Shown piece after piece: positions 1-8,885 of a DNA stretch of 64,000 nt. How positions within the stretch are numbered: position 1 is the first letter of the stretch; each line of letters begins with the position of its first letter. The DNA is taken from the NCBI GenBank assembly GCA_003602575.1, contig QQRY01000018.1:21632-85631 (forward strand). Direction: 5' to 3'. The DNA is from Candidatus Poseidoniales archaeon (GTDB taxonomy: Archaea; Thermoplasmatota; Poseidoniia; Poseidoniales; Poseidoniaceae). The translations under genes and the position numbers were made by a program. The notes beneath the pieces are model-generated. The model was not told the origin of the DNA and made no database searches. It saw only the letters and a program-made list of their open reading frames with translations.

Positions 1-777
1 TTCATCGACCGATTTTTCTATCCTCTTTTCAGTGGAATTTTTCTTGAATCAGAATTACGAACCAATGAAAGATTATTCAAATTTATTTTTCGTACAATGT
101 CCAAAGGCGATATGGTTTTGCCAAAAAAGGGAATACAAGCAATACCTGATTTATTGGCACAAGAGATTCCAAAGGGAAATATAGAACTCAATTCAGACGT
201 AGAAATCATATCGCCTAATACAATCAAAGTTAACGATGAGGAAAAACAATATCATGGCGTAATAATCGCTTTTGACGATAGAACTAATTTATCAAAGAAA
301 CATGTTTGGACACTATATTTTTCTGCTGATAAATCGCCTCTATCAAGTAAGCACATAATGCTAAATTCCGAAATTAGGAATTCCGATGATTTAATCTCTT
401 ACATATCGGTGCCTTCCGATATTCAATCAAACTATTCTCCGGTTGGTAAATCACTGATTTGTGTGACGGTTTTAGGAGATAAATGCGATAATCTAGGAAT
501 TAATTCCAAAGAGGAGGTATTGTCCAAAGTTGAGTTGGAGTTAAGAAAATGGTACGGTGATGAAGTTCAATCTTGGAGTTCTATCGCAATTCAACATATC
601 ATAAATGCCTTGCCTGAATCCGACTCAGAATTTTTTACACAAATAGATTCAAACAATGAGGACGGTTTTTTCCGCTGTGGAGATTTCATGACTCATGGCA
701 GTGTTGAGGGGGCTCTTATTTCGGCAAGAAAAACAGTTGAGAATGTCGGGCAAAAAATTCCTTTGTTAAGCCAATAA
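1..777 (+). CDS. FAD-dependent oxidoreductase of the amine-oxidase/CrtI superfamily (5' end outside window)
   Basis: Frame 1 is open from base 1 to TAA at 775-777; the track ORF begins at an internal Met at 97. The C-terminal 'FFRCGDFMTHGSVEGALISARK' resembles the C-terminal FAD-contact segment of amine-oxidase-fold flavoenzymes. A CrtI-family paralog lies immediately downstream. Confidence 0.55.
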   Translation, partial: FIDRFFYPLFSGIFLESELRTNERLFKFIFRTMSKGDMVLPKKGIQAIPDLLAQEIPKGNIELNSDVEIISPNTIKVNDEEKQYHGVIIAFDDRTNLSKKHVWTLYFSADKSPLSSKHIMLNSEIRNSDDLISYISVPSDIQSNYSPVGKSLICVTVLGDKCDNLGINSKEEVLSKVELELRKWYGDEVQSWSSIAIQHIINALPESDSEFFTQIDSNNEDGFFRCGDFMTHGSVEGALISARKTVENVGQKIPLLSQ

Positions 778-850
778 ATGCTTGCTAAATAGTATTTCAA
801 AATACGGTTCAATACTGTTCTTTATATGCCGAGACCGGGCCAATTAATTC

Positions 851-2455
851 ATGCAAGAATCAAACAAACCAACCGCGATTATTATCGGAGCTGGACCAGG
901 GGGACTAGCGAGTGCTTTACTGCTAGCACATTCTGGTGTTGACGTCACCATTCTCGAAAAAGAAGATAAGGTCGGAGGCCGAACCAAACTTGTCCAAAAA
1001 GATGGGTTTACATTTGACCGAGGTCCAACCTTTTTCCACTATCCGGAAGTTATTGAAGAGATTTTTCAAGCAATTGGACTTGATGCTCACAAAGAACTTG
1101 GCTTAATGCCTCTTGACCCTATGTATAGACTGGTATTTGGTGCAGGTGGTCACATTGATGCGACCAGTAAACTTGACGAAATGACTGAAAGAATACGTGA
1201 ACTTGCAGGGGATAAGAACGCTAAAGGCTTCGAAAACTATGTTATACAAAACCGCAAGAAACTCAACTTTTCCAAGCAATGTTTGCAAACTCCATGGACC
1301 AGTCCGCTAAATATACTTTCTAAGAGGGCGATGAGGGTCGCTACAATTCTCAAGCCATGGGCCAGTGTTGCTGGAGATCTAAGTAAGCATTTTGATGATG
1401 AAAGAGTTCGACTTGCTATGTCTTTTCAGACAAAGTACTTGGGAATGAGTCCGTTTCATGCACCGTCCTTGTTTACAATTCTTGCTTTCCTTGAATATGA
1501 ACACGGTATATTCCATGCCAAGGGAGGACTTGGTAGTATTACAGCCCGTATGGGTGAAATAGCGGAAGGCATGGGTGTAAAAATCCGCTGCAGTACTCCG
1601 GTGAAATCGTTGATATACGAAGGAAAAACAGTTGTAGGTGCACGTATTGAAGGAGAAGAAATCCATGCTGATAAAGTAATTGTTAATGCAGATTTCGCGC
1701 ATGCCATGACAACCCTTGTTCCAAATGAGAAGAGAAAGAAGTGGTCGAATAAGAAACTCGAAAAGAAGGGATACTCTTGTTCGACTTTCATGCTTTATCT
1801 CGGCGTAGATAAGATGTATGATTTGCCTCACCACCAAATCTATGCCTCCTCGGCTTATGAGAAGAATCTCCATGATATCACAAACCACAAGCTCACCTGG
1901 GATGACCCGTCAGTATATGTTCAAAATGCTAGTATCACTGACGATAGCCTAGCGCCGAAAGGCCAATCGACGGTCTACGTATTAGTTCCAGTTCCAAATA
2001 CTCATGATACAATTGTTTGGGATGACATCAAAGCAGACTATCGAGATACTATCGTAAAGCAACTTGCTAAACTTGGTTATGATGACATTGCAGACCATAT
2101 CGTCTCTGAGACTATTGTAACTCCAGATGACTGGGGTGCATCAGACATTTACCGAGGTGCTGTGTTCAATCTCACCCATGACTTGAAACAAATGCTCTGG
2201 AGGAGGCCACAAAATCGCTTTGAAGAAGCCAAAAACTTGTACATAGTAGGCGGTGGAACTCACCCTGGTAGTGGTCTTCCGACCATATTTGAGAGCGCTC
2301 GAATCAGCAGTAAATTGGTATTAGCAGACATGGGACTAGATCCTGATTGGAACGGCGTTAGTAATTGGTTTGAAGATATGAAGAAGCCTAAAGTCAAAAA
2401 GGCAAATAAAGTCTCCATGAAAAGTAATGCAACTGGTGAGGGCCATGCTGCATAG
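851..2455 (+). CDS. Phytoene desaturase-family FAD oxidoreductase (CrtI/CrtD-like)
   Basis: 534 aa. N-terminal dinucleotide-binding motif 'AIIIGAGPGGLASALLLAHSGVDVTILEKEDKVGGR'. C-terminal 'YIVGGGTHPGSGLPTIFESARISS' is typical of the CrtI family. A TATA-like 'ctttatatgc' lies about 25 nt upstream of the ATG. Confidence 0.8.
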   Translation: MQESNKPTAIIIGAGPGGLASALLLAHSGVDVTILEKEDKVGGRTKLVQKDGFTFDRGPTFFHYPEVIEEIFQAIGLDAHKELGLMPLDPMYRLVFGAGGHIDATSKLDEMTERIRELAGDKNAKGFENYVIQNRKKLNFSKQCLQTPWTSPLNILSKRAMRVATILKPWASVAGDLSKHFDDERVRLAMSFQTKYLGMSPFHAPSLFTILAFLEYEHGIFHAKGGLGSITARMGEIAEGMGVKIRCSTPVKSLIYEGKTVVGARIEGEEIHADKVIVNADFAHAMTTLVPNEKRKKWSNKKLEKKGYSCSTFMLYLGVDKMYDLPHHQIYASSAYEKNLHDITNHKLTWDDPSVYVQNASITDDSLAPKGQSTVYVLVPVPNTHDTIVWDDIKADYRDTIVKQLAKLGYDDIADHIVSETIVTPDDWGASDIYRGAVFNLTHDLKQMLWRRPQNRFEEAKNLYIVGGGTHPGSGLPTIFESARISSKLVLADMGLDPDWNGVSNWFEDMKKPKVKKANKVSMKSNATGEGHAA

Positions 2456-3047
2456 ATTTTCTATCATCTGTATCGCATTGATTATTCTGCTTCCTGGTTG
2501 CATAGAATCACAATCAGTAGTAGGCGACAAGGGAGACGAAATACCCCTCAGGCTATCTTTCAAAGCAGATACTTTGGATAGGCCTGAAGACGGTGGCTCC
2601 AGTTTTGATTTGAAAGAAGAGTTAGAAAATGGACCGGTTCTAATGTTATGGATTGGTTCGGGGTGTTCAGGTTGTCATGATTGGACTAATCTGATACGAC
2701 AAGGTCTTGAAAATGGTTCTCTAGATAATTCTACATTGAGTATAATCAGCGTTCATGGATGGTCTGGAATAGAAGGGCCAGAAGAGGTCATGGATGCTTT
2801 TGGAACAGATTCTAATGACACATCGTACACTCCTTGGAAGATTGTAATGGGCAAGAAAAATACTCCTGCATTATATTATTTCTCAGAACAAGATACTGGC
2901 TATGGTTTGTATGAAGCCTTTGGCAATCCATCTACGCCAACACTCCAATTAATAGGCGATAATGGAATTAAAATGTGGCAATCAAAGAACTATTGGGCGA
3001 ATTCAACAATTTTACAAGAAATATGGGGTACTGCGTCTCAGTTGTGA
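2427..3047 (+). CDS. Secreted thioredoxin-fold (TlpA-like) lipoprotein
   Basis: Signal/lipobox 'IICIALIILLPGC'. CxxC redox motif in 'WIGSGCSGCHDW'. An alternative Met at 2445 gives a cleaner signal peptide. Overlaps the end of the upstream gene. Confidence 0.55.
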   Translation: MQLVRAMLHRFSIICIALIILLPGCIESQSVVGDKGDEIPLRLSFKADTLDRPEDGGSSFDLKEELENGPVLMLWIGSGCSGCHDWTNLIRQGLENGSLDNSTLSIISVHGWSGIEGPEEVMDAFGTDSNDTSYTPWKIVMGKKNTPALYYFSEQDTGYGLYEAFGNPSTPTLQLIGDNGIKMWQSKNYWANSTILQEIWGTASQL

Positions 3048-3125
3048 TTATTTATCACCAGTCATTGGACAATCAACCTCAAAGACTGCGGGTGTTAGCG
3101 TCATAATGTCCGCCCTGTTGGGCGG

Positions 3126-3950
3126 GTGGTGAGAGCTTTGGGTGAAGGCATAAAACTCCCAGTGATTAACGGACTGGGCCGTACCGATAGGAAAGACAGG
3201 TGGTGGTCTCAACCACTGGTCATGGGTATTGGATTGAACATTGCTCTACTGTATACATTTTGGCGACTATTCATCTATACAACTGATGGGACTATTGAAT
3301 ATGATTTACAAGGCAGCGTAGTCATGTCTCCTATATTCTCTCCAAATGTCTTGGAATGGGATTTATTTGGCTTATCTTCTTGGGATCACCCATCTTGGGT
3401 CAATGCTGCCATTCTTGTTTTATGGATTCCTTTTGGATTTAGAGGCACTTGCTATTACATGCGTAGAGTCTACTATCGAACCTTTTTTGCAAGTCCAGTA
3501 GCATGCTGGGTAGACGAACCAGATATTAGTAAAAAGATTGGATACAAAGGTGAAAAGAGATTATTCATTTTCAATAACTTGCATCGATATTTCCTTTATG
3601 CTGCTATGATTATTCTTTTGATTAAATGGTGGGATGTAACCCATACCATGACCTTTGATGATGGATTTGGCGTATCGATTGGTACTTTTGTTATGGGTAT
3701 TGAAGCATTCTTGCTAACAATGTACGTCACATCATGTCACGCTCTTAGACATCTTGCTGGTGGCGTTTTAGACCGTTGGACCACTGGCGTCAGCAGAATT
3801 AGAGGCAAATTATTTGGCAAGATTTCAATAATTAACAGGTCTCATGGTTTTTGGTTTTGGACTTCTTTGATATTCGTTTTCTTGGGCGACCTATGGGTTT
3901 TAGCCGTTTGTAAAGGTTATTTTAGCGATGTGGCGCTATTTGTGATTTGA
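3126..3950 (+). CDS. Putative succinate dehydrogenase membrane anchor (single large polytopic subunit)
   Basis: 274-aa multi-TM protein directly upstream of sdhA/sdhB, 1-7 nt from sdhA. Several conserved-looking His/Cys ('SCHALRH', 'GTCYYM', 'VACW'). The track start is GTG and is uncertain. Confidence 0.5.
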   Translation: MVRALGEGIKLPVINGLGRTDRKDRWWSQPLVMGIGLNIALLYTFWRLFIYTTDGTIEYDLQGSVVMSPIFSPNVLEWDLFGLSSWDHPSWVNAAILVLWIPFGFRGTCYYMRRVYYRTFFASPVACWVDEPDISKKIGYKGEKRLFIFNNLHRYFLYAAMIILLIKWWDVTHTMTFDDGFGVSIGTFVMGIEAFLLTMYVTSCHALRHLAGGVLDRWTTGVSRIRGKLFGKISIINRSHGFWFWTSLIFVFLGDLWVLAVCKGYFSDVALFVI

Positions 3951-3957
3951 GGTGTTG

Positions 3958-5814
3958 ATGATGTCTGAAGATTACAAGAAATATGAATATGATGTCATAG
4001 TAATTGGTGCTGGTGGTGCAGGACTTAGAGCGGCGATTGAAGCTGCTAGAAGTGGTGCTAAAACCGCAATAATCACCAAATCTTTACTCGGTAAAGCGCA
4101 TACGGTAATGGCCGAAGGTGGATGTGCTGCAGCCTTACAAAATGCAGATCCAAGAGATGGATGGAAAGTTCACTTTCACGATACAATGAAAGGAAGTAAA
4201 TGGCTTGCTAATTGGCAAATGGCAGAATACCATGCAAAAGAAGCCCCAGATAGAGTTAGAGAACTCGAGCAGTGGGGCGCTGTTTTTGATAGAACTCCAA
4301 AAAACCTAATCAATCAAAGAAACTTTGGTGGCCATACATTCCCTAGACTTGCTCACGTCGGTGATGCAACAGGTCTAGAATTAATCCGTACGTTACAAGA
4401 AAGAGGAATTCATGAAGGCATTGACATCTTCATGGAATACACCGTTCGACACCTCCTAAAAGAAGGAGATAGAGTCACTGGATGTGTTGCTTATACTAGA
4501 GTCGACGGAGATTTCCATGCCTTCTCTGCTAAATCAGTAGTGCTTGCAACCGGTGGCATAACTCGATGTTGGTCTGTTTGTTCAGGTTCATGGGAATATA
4601 CTGGTGATGGACATGCCCTTGCACTGTGGGCTGGGGCTGAACTAAGGGATATGGAATTTATTCAATTCCACCCGACAGGAATGGTTTGGCCGCCATCTGT
4701 TAGAGGTATATTGGTGACAGAAGGAGTTAGAGGAGAAGGTGGTAGGCTTACTAACTCTGAAGGTGAGCGGTTCATGTTTGACTATGTTCCAGAAATGTTT
4801 GCTGGTGATCACGCTGAAACCATTGAAGAGTCTGATCAATGGGTTGAAGAAGTGGTATCAGGAAAGATTGCTACCGTTAGAAGACCTCCTGAATTACTCA
4901 CTAGAGACGTTGTTTCTAAAGCGATAAATTCTGAAGTCAAAGCTGGCCGAGGTTCACCTCATGGAGGTGCTTTCTTAGATATTTCACATCGTGGAGAAGA
5001 AGCTATCTTGAAGAAATTACCTTCAATGCATCATCAATTCAAAGAACTTGCAGGAGTCGATATTTCGAAAGAACCGATGGAGGTCGGTCCAACCGCCCAC
5101 TATGTTATGGGTGGTGTTTTGGTTGATGCAGAAACCCAAGAAACGACAGTCAAGGGCCTTTATGCATGCGGTGAAGCCGCTTCAGGCCTTCATGGTGCAA
5201 ATCGACTAGGCGGTAATTCTCTTTCAGATTTAATCGTATTTGGTAAGAGAGCGGGAGAATTTTCTGCAGCAAGAGCCAAAAATCTCGCTCAACCCACAAT
5301 AGATGATTCCCAAGTACAAGAAGCGATTAGAATAATGCTGGAGCCGTTCAATCATGAGGGTGGAGAAAATCCAGGATTGATTTATGATGAGATGCGTGAC
5401 ATGATGCAAGCAAAAGTTGGAATAATTCGTACAGAATCAGAATTAAGCGAAGCCCTCGATGACTTGAAAGAATTTGAAAAGCGTCGGAAGATCTGCTACC
5501 CTGGAAGTTCAAGAAAGTATAATTCAGGATGGCATCAAGCATTAGATCTAAAAAATATGGTGGATATCTCATATGTTGCAACTTTGGCTGCAATTACGCG
5601 TGAAGAGAGTAGAGGGGGACATACTCGTGATGATTTCCCTGTTCCTGAAGATGAATACTGGGGTAAGACTCTGAATATAATTTGGATGGAAGATGGCGAG
5701 ATAAAGATACGACAAGAACCCGTTGAGGAAATGCGTGAGGACTTAGCAAAAGTAATCAAGGAAGTTAAAGAAATAATTGCTGAAAGAGCTGCTGAGGCAG
5801 GAGGTGAAGATTAA
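3958..5814 (+). CDS. sdhA: Succinate dehydrogenase/fumarate reductase flavoprotein subunit
   Basis: '[20 protein letters not shown]' FAD fold. '[11 protein letters not shown]' (covalent-FAD His context), 'FHPTG', '[14 protein letters not shown]'. GAGGTG lies just upstream of the ATG pair at 3958/3961; the track lists a GTG at 3952. Confidence 0.95.
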   Translation: MMSEDYKKYEYDVIVIGAGGAGLRAAIEAARSGAKTAIITKSLLGKAHTVMAEGGCAAALQNADPRDGWKVHFHDTMKGSKWLANWQMAEYHAKEAPDRVRELEQWGAVFDRTPKNLINQRNFGGHTFPRLAHVGDATGLELIRTLQERGIHEGIDIFMEYTVRHLLKEGDRVTGCVAYTRVDGDFHAFSAKSVVLATGGITRCWSVCSGSWEYTGDGHALALWAGAELRDMEFIQFHPTGMVWPPSVRGILVTEGVRGEGGRLTNSEGERFMFDYVPEMFAGDHAETIEESDQWVEEVVSGKIATVRRPPELLTRDVVSKAINSEVKAGRGSPHGGAFLDISHRGEEAILKKLPSMHHQFKELAGVDISKEPMEVGPTAHYVMGGVLVDAETQETTVKGLYACGEAASGLHGANRLGGNSLSDLIVFGKRAGEFSAARAKNLAQPTIDDSQVQEAIRIMLEPFNHEGGENPGLIYDEMRDMMQAKVGIIRTESELSEALDDLKEFEKRRKICYPGSSRKYNSGWHQALDLKNMVDISYVATLAAITREESRGGHTRDDFPVPEDEYWGKTLNIIWMEDGEIKIRQEPVEEMREDLAKVIKEVKEIIAERAAEAGGED

Positions 5815-6581
5815 TGTCTCTAAAAGGTAGAAAGCAAGATTTCTTGATAACTCGTGGTGAAGGAGAATCTTCGGAAATGGAAGACTATGAAATTGAACTG
5901 GATGAAGGTATGGTTGTATTAGATTGCGTCCATAAAATCCAATATGAGCAAGAACCAGATCTAGCAGTCAGATGGAATTGTAAAGCTGGGAAATGTGGTT
6001 CATGTTCTGCAGAAATAAATGGCAAACCACGTTTGATGTGCATGACTAGAATGAGTGATGTTGTCGCTGAAACACCCGAAGGCCAACCTATTGAAATTCG
6101 ACCAATGAAGGCTTTCCCGCATATCAAAGATCTTGTCACAGATGTATCATGGAATTATGAAATGGCCCAAAAAATAAAGCCAATAAACGGACCTAAGGAG
6201 ATGAATTGGGAATTTAATCAAATGGAAGCTGATAGAGTTCAACAATTTAGAGAATGTATCGAATGTTTCCTGTGTGTCAATACATGTCACGTACTAAGAG
6301 ACCACGCGCAATTCGATGATTTCGCAGGACCAAGAAACTTGGTTAGGCTTGCTCAATATGAAATGCATCCGCTTGATCTTGAAGACAGAGTCCCAGAAAT
6401 AAAGAAAGAATTTGGTGTCGAATACTGTAACATAACTCGCTGTTGTACGGAAGTTTGCCCAGCAGGAATTCAAATTACTGATGATGCTATTATACAACTA
6501 AAGGAAAGAGTAGTAGACCGTTATTATGATCCGCTTCAAAGGATTTGGCGTACATTAACTAGGAAGAAAGTACGTTATTGA
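5814..6581 (+). CDS. sdhB: Succinate dehydrogenase iron-sulfur subunit
   Basis: Cys clusters 'CKAGKCGSCSAEINGKPRLMC', 'CIECFLCVNTC', 'CCTEVCPAGI'. The ATG overlaps the sdhA TAA (TAATG). Confidence 0.95.
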   Translation: MSLKGRKQDFLITRGEGESSEMEDYEIELDEGMVVLDCVHKIQYEQEPDLAVRWNCKAGKCGSCSAEINGKPRLMCMTRMSDVVAETPEGQPIEIRPMKAFPHIKDLVTDVSWNYEMAQKIKPINGPKEMNWEFNQMEADRVQQFRECIECFLCVNTCHVLRDHAQFDDFAGPRNLVRLAQYEMHPLDLEDRVPEIKKEFGVEYCNITRCCTEVCPAGIQITDDAIIQLKERVVDRYYDPLQRIWRTLTRKKVRY

Positions 6582-6594
6582 AAGGCGATATTAG

Positions 6595-7002
6595 ATGAAT
6601 GGAATTGTTTGGATAAAACATATTTCATCTTTTATACTTGGATTATTTTTCATCAATGTGGGCATTGGTCATTTCTTAGAACCAGAATGGTTCGAACCAA
6701 TAGTGCCAACGATCCTTGGCGACCCTACTTTTTGGGTTTTAATCACTGGTGCGATAGAAATTGCAGTGGGCGTCGGATTAATCATTCCCAAAACGCGTAA
6801 ATACTCTGGTTTACTGATGACTCTATTCCTGATTGTGGTTTATTGGGCTAATTTGAATATGTGGGTTAATGATGTACCATTAGAGGGGAAAACATTTGCA
6901 ACTATTTGGCACATATTGCGCCTTATTGGTCAACTATTGATGATTGCAGTTGCGCTTTGGGTTGGCGGTTGGATCCCCAAGAGGAATAGAAATGAGAATT
7001 AA
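6595..7002 (+). CDS. DoxX-like small membrane protein
   Basis: 135 aa with 4 predicted TM helices. The 'GHFLEPEWFEPIVP...TGAIEIAVGVGLIIPKTRK' pattern resembles DoxX/YphA-type proteins. Follows sdhB in the same orientation. Confidence 0.45.
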   Translation: MNGIVWIKHISSFILGLFFINVGIGHFLEPEWFEPIVPTILGDPTFWVLITGAIEIAVGVGLIIPKTRKYSGLLMTLFLIVVYWANLNMWVNDVPLEGKTFATIWHILRLIGQLLMIAVALWVGGWIPKRNRNEN

Positions 7003-7390
7003 TTCGCATCCCAACTATAGTCAAAAAATAGGTCTTATCTTGTTGATATTATCGATAATAGTATTTATTTTCCCTCAATTTTTACAATCAAGTTTGGAAT
7101 CAAAAGAACTAGTTGATATAGTCGATTATAGAATAAGATTTTCAGCATTACCATTTGGAATAGGTATATTTCTCCTGACACTAAGTAAGATTCAGTCAGA
7201 AAACATTGGAATAAAAATACTCACTTGTTTACTCATCATAGATCTTGGATACTTCTCAACTAGATTCTTTTCGATGATAATACATGGATTTAATTCCAGT
7301 GCCCAACTTAAATGGCTAGCCATTGAATTTATAATTGCCACTGTAATATTAATTATTATGAATTTTAAAAAGGCCTCTCCAAGGACCTAA
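6992..7390 (+). CDS. Hypothetical small membrane protein
   Basis: ATG at 6992 preceded by GAGGAA at 5-nt spacing; the track ORF starts further upstream at 6944. 4 hydrophobic helices. No recognisable motif. Confidence 0.4.
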   Translation: MRINSHPNYSQKIGLILLILSIIVFIFPQFLQSSLESKELVDIVDYRIRFSALPFGIGIFLLTLSKIQSENIGIKILTCLLIIDLGYFSTRFFSMIIHGFNSSAQLKWLAIEFIIATVILIIMNFKKASPRT

Positions 7391-7455
7391 GTCCTTGAAG
7401 GGGCAGTTGCATTCCTCGGAATACATTAATCATAAATTAGCCTTGGTAATGACAC

Positions 7456-7719
7456 TCAGAGGTGTTCAATACCGGTCTTTTTGACATTGGCCTTCTTGAT
7501 CTTATCAGGTAGCCAAGCAGGACCGTTCGCTGGCTTATCAACCATCGAAATACTGCCAGTGAAGCAGTGGACTCTCTTTGTTCCACGCTCACGTAGGCGT
7601 ATGGTCTCATGTCCGCGGGTTGCAGCTTTTAGGGCTGCTCCACGGGGTTGTTTGCTTGCAAAAACCTGGCTCGTATCTTTACCGCCCTCCATAAGGACGA
7701 AATATTTTTTATCAGACAT
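7456..7719 (-). CDS. Archaeal chromosomal protein MC1
   Basis: The 87-aa basic protein lines up along its length with Methanosarcina MC1 as I recall it: 'KQPRGAALKAATRG', 'IRLRERGTKRVHCF', 'PAWLPDKIKKANVKK'. GGAGGT lies 7 nt upstream of the ATG. The gene is about 50% GC versus about 30-40% in its neighbours. Confidence 0.85.
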   Translation of the reverse strand: MSDKKYFVLMEGGKDTSQVFASKQPRGAALKAATRGHETIRLRERGTKRVHCFTGSISMVDKPANGPAWLPDKIKKANVKKTGIEHL

Positions 7720-7771
7720 TTTGGATAACCTCCGATAACTGTCCAGGCTATACAGTATTTAGTATTTACGG

Positions 7772-7778
7772 AAAAAAA
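7772..7778 (-). terminator. Oligo-T (T7) run, probable archaeal terminator downstream of the RAM-domain gene
   Basis: A7 on the plus strand is T7 on the minus strand. It sits about 100 nt downstream of the minus-strand stop at 7881, directly after an inverted repeat (7782-7788 / 7841-7847). Confidence 0.4.
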
Positions 7779-7880
7779 CACGCATACTGCGCTACATATG
7801 GGGCGCAAGACTCCATTCGAAATGCAATTTCTGCACAAATAGTATGCAGTAAAGCGATTAAAAACTTATACTTTTAGAAA

Positions 7881-8114
7881 TTAAATATCTGCTCCGGCAA
7901 GAGTTTTTGTATTGATAACTCCTTTGACAGAACGTATGGTTTCAACTACAGTTTTTGCAATCGATGCTAAGTCTTCTGCTACAAGTTTGATAATCAAGTC
8001 ATAATCTCCAAAAAGTACTGTAATATCTTGTACATGTTCGAAACCTTTCATTATTTCATAAACTTCAAGTTCTAACCCCGGTGCTACATTGACCAATACA
8101 TATCCTACTGCCAT
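7881..8114 (-). CDS. Stand-alone Lrp/AsnC ligand-binding (RAM) domain protein
   Basis: 'AVGYVLVNVAPGLELEVYEIMKGFEHVQDITVLFGDYDLIIKLVA...IRSVKGVINTKTL' is a typical RAM-domain beta-alpha-beta-beta-alpha-beta pattern. ATG at 8114 has GGGAGGT 9 nt upstream; the track start at 8138 is TTG. Confidence 0.6.
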   Translation of the reverse strand: MAVGYVLVNVAPGLELEVYEIMKGFEHVQDITVLFGDYDLIIKLVAEDLASIAKTVVETIRSVKGVINTKTLAGADI

Positions 8115-8250
8115 AGTACTCAATACCTCCCATAGCAAGTCAGCACATGAAACCTTCCGACAAACGGTTAAGTGAAAAAGTAGTTTTTTGGGTTAAAAAT
8201 AATGCAATTTAGCGAACTTGATAAGTAAGACGGCCCTCCATGGTTGTACG

Positions 8251-8877
8251 ATGCCGGAATTATATATGGCGAGGACATGCAAGTGGGGTATCCTCAAAGT
8301 CGTTGGTGGCGATTTGTGGGACCATGAAGGCGATGCATTAGTCACTCCTGCTAACAACAGATTATCTGGAAGAGAAGGCTTAGATTCTTTAGTTCATGCT
8401 AAAGCTGGAGAAGAACTTACTCAAGTTACTAGAAATATATGCTTAGAAATGCGTAAGATAAACGCTCCTCCTTGTGCAGTAACAAATAATGTTGTGACAG
8501 AACCATTCGCTTTAGAGAGTAATTTTAAGCATATCATTCATGCAGTAGGTCCTGATTGTAGAAGGCCGAATCAAGATGAATCGCGCCGTGAACTGCTCCC
8601 TCAAACATATCATAACTTATTTGACACCATAAAGGAGATTGGTGACATCAAGAAAATTGTCTCACCCCCAATATCAATGGGCATTTTTGGTTATCCGCAT
8701 AGAGAAGGGGCAAGAATCACTCTAGAAGTATTACTTGGCCATCTTGATGGCGAAGAGGACCCAGGTTTCAATGAGTTTTTGATCGTTGTCAAAGAACGCA
8801 ATTTCATCAGTAATATGCGTACTGTTTACCGTGAATCAGAAGATCAATTACCGGGTATAGATACAACTAATCAATAG
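8251..8877 (+). CDS. Macro-domain protein (ADP-ribose binding/hydrolase family)
   Basis: 'GDLWDHEGDALVTPANNRLSGREGLDSLVHAKAG', 'IIHAVGPD', 'SPPISMGIFGYP' match the MacroD-type motif order. The usual Gly-rich diphosphate loop is degenerate (SGREGLD). Start is ambiguous (TTG 8218, ATG 8251, ATG 8266). Confidence 0.7.
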   Translation: MPELYMARTCKWGILKVVGGDLWDHEGDALVTPANNRLSGREGLDSLVHAKAGEELTQVTRNICLEMRKINAPPCAVTNNVVTEPFALESNFKHIIHAVGPDCRRPNQDESRRELLPQTYHNLFDTIKEIGDIKKIVSPPISMGIFGYPHREGARITLEVLLGHLDGEEDPGFNEFLIVVKERNFISNMRTVYRESEDQLPGIDTTNQ

Positions 8878-8885
8878 GTGATTAT

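Noticed and set aside
1379-1888. Long antisense ORFs inside confident genes: 1379-1888(-), 46727-47236(-), 57946-58380(-), 59122-59517(-), 59904-60446(+) and 7481-7738(+).
   Set aside because: All lie entirely within, and opposite to, genes with strong family motifs. They have low-complexity or odd composition and no start context. They are typical shadow ORFs.
3106-3132. An 8-codon upstream mini-ORF (MSALLGGW) overlapping the GTG start of the SDH anchor gene.
   Set aside because: It has no SD and no way to test conservation here. It coincides with the GC hairpin and is probably incidental. It is mentioned under the SDH finding only.
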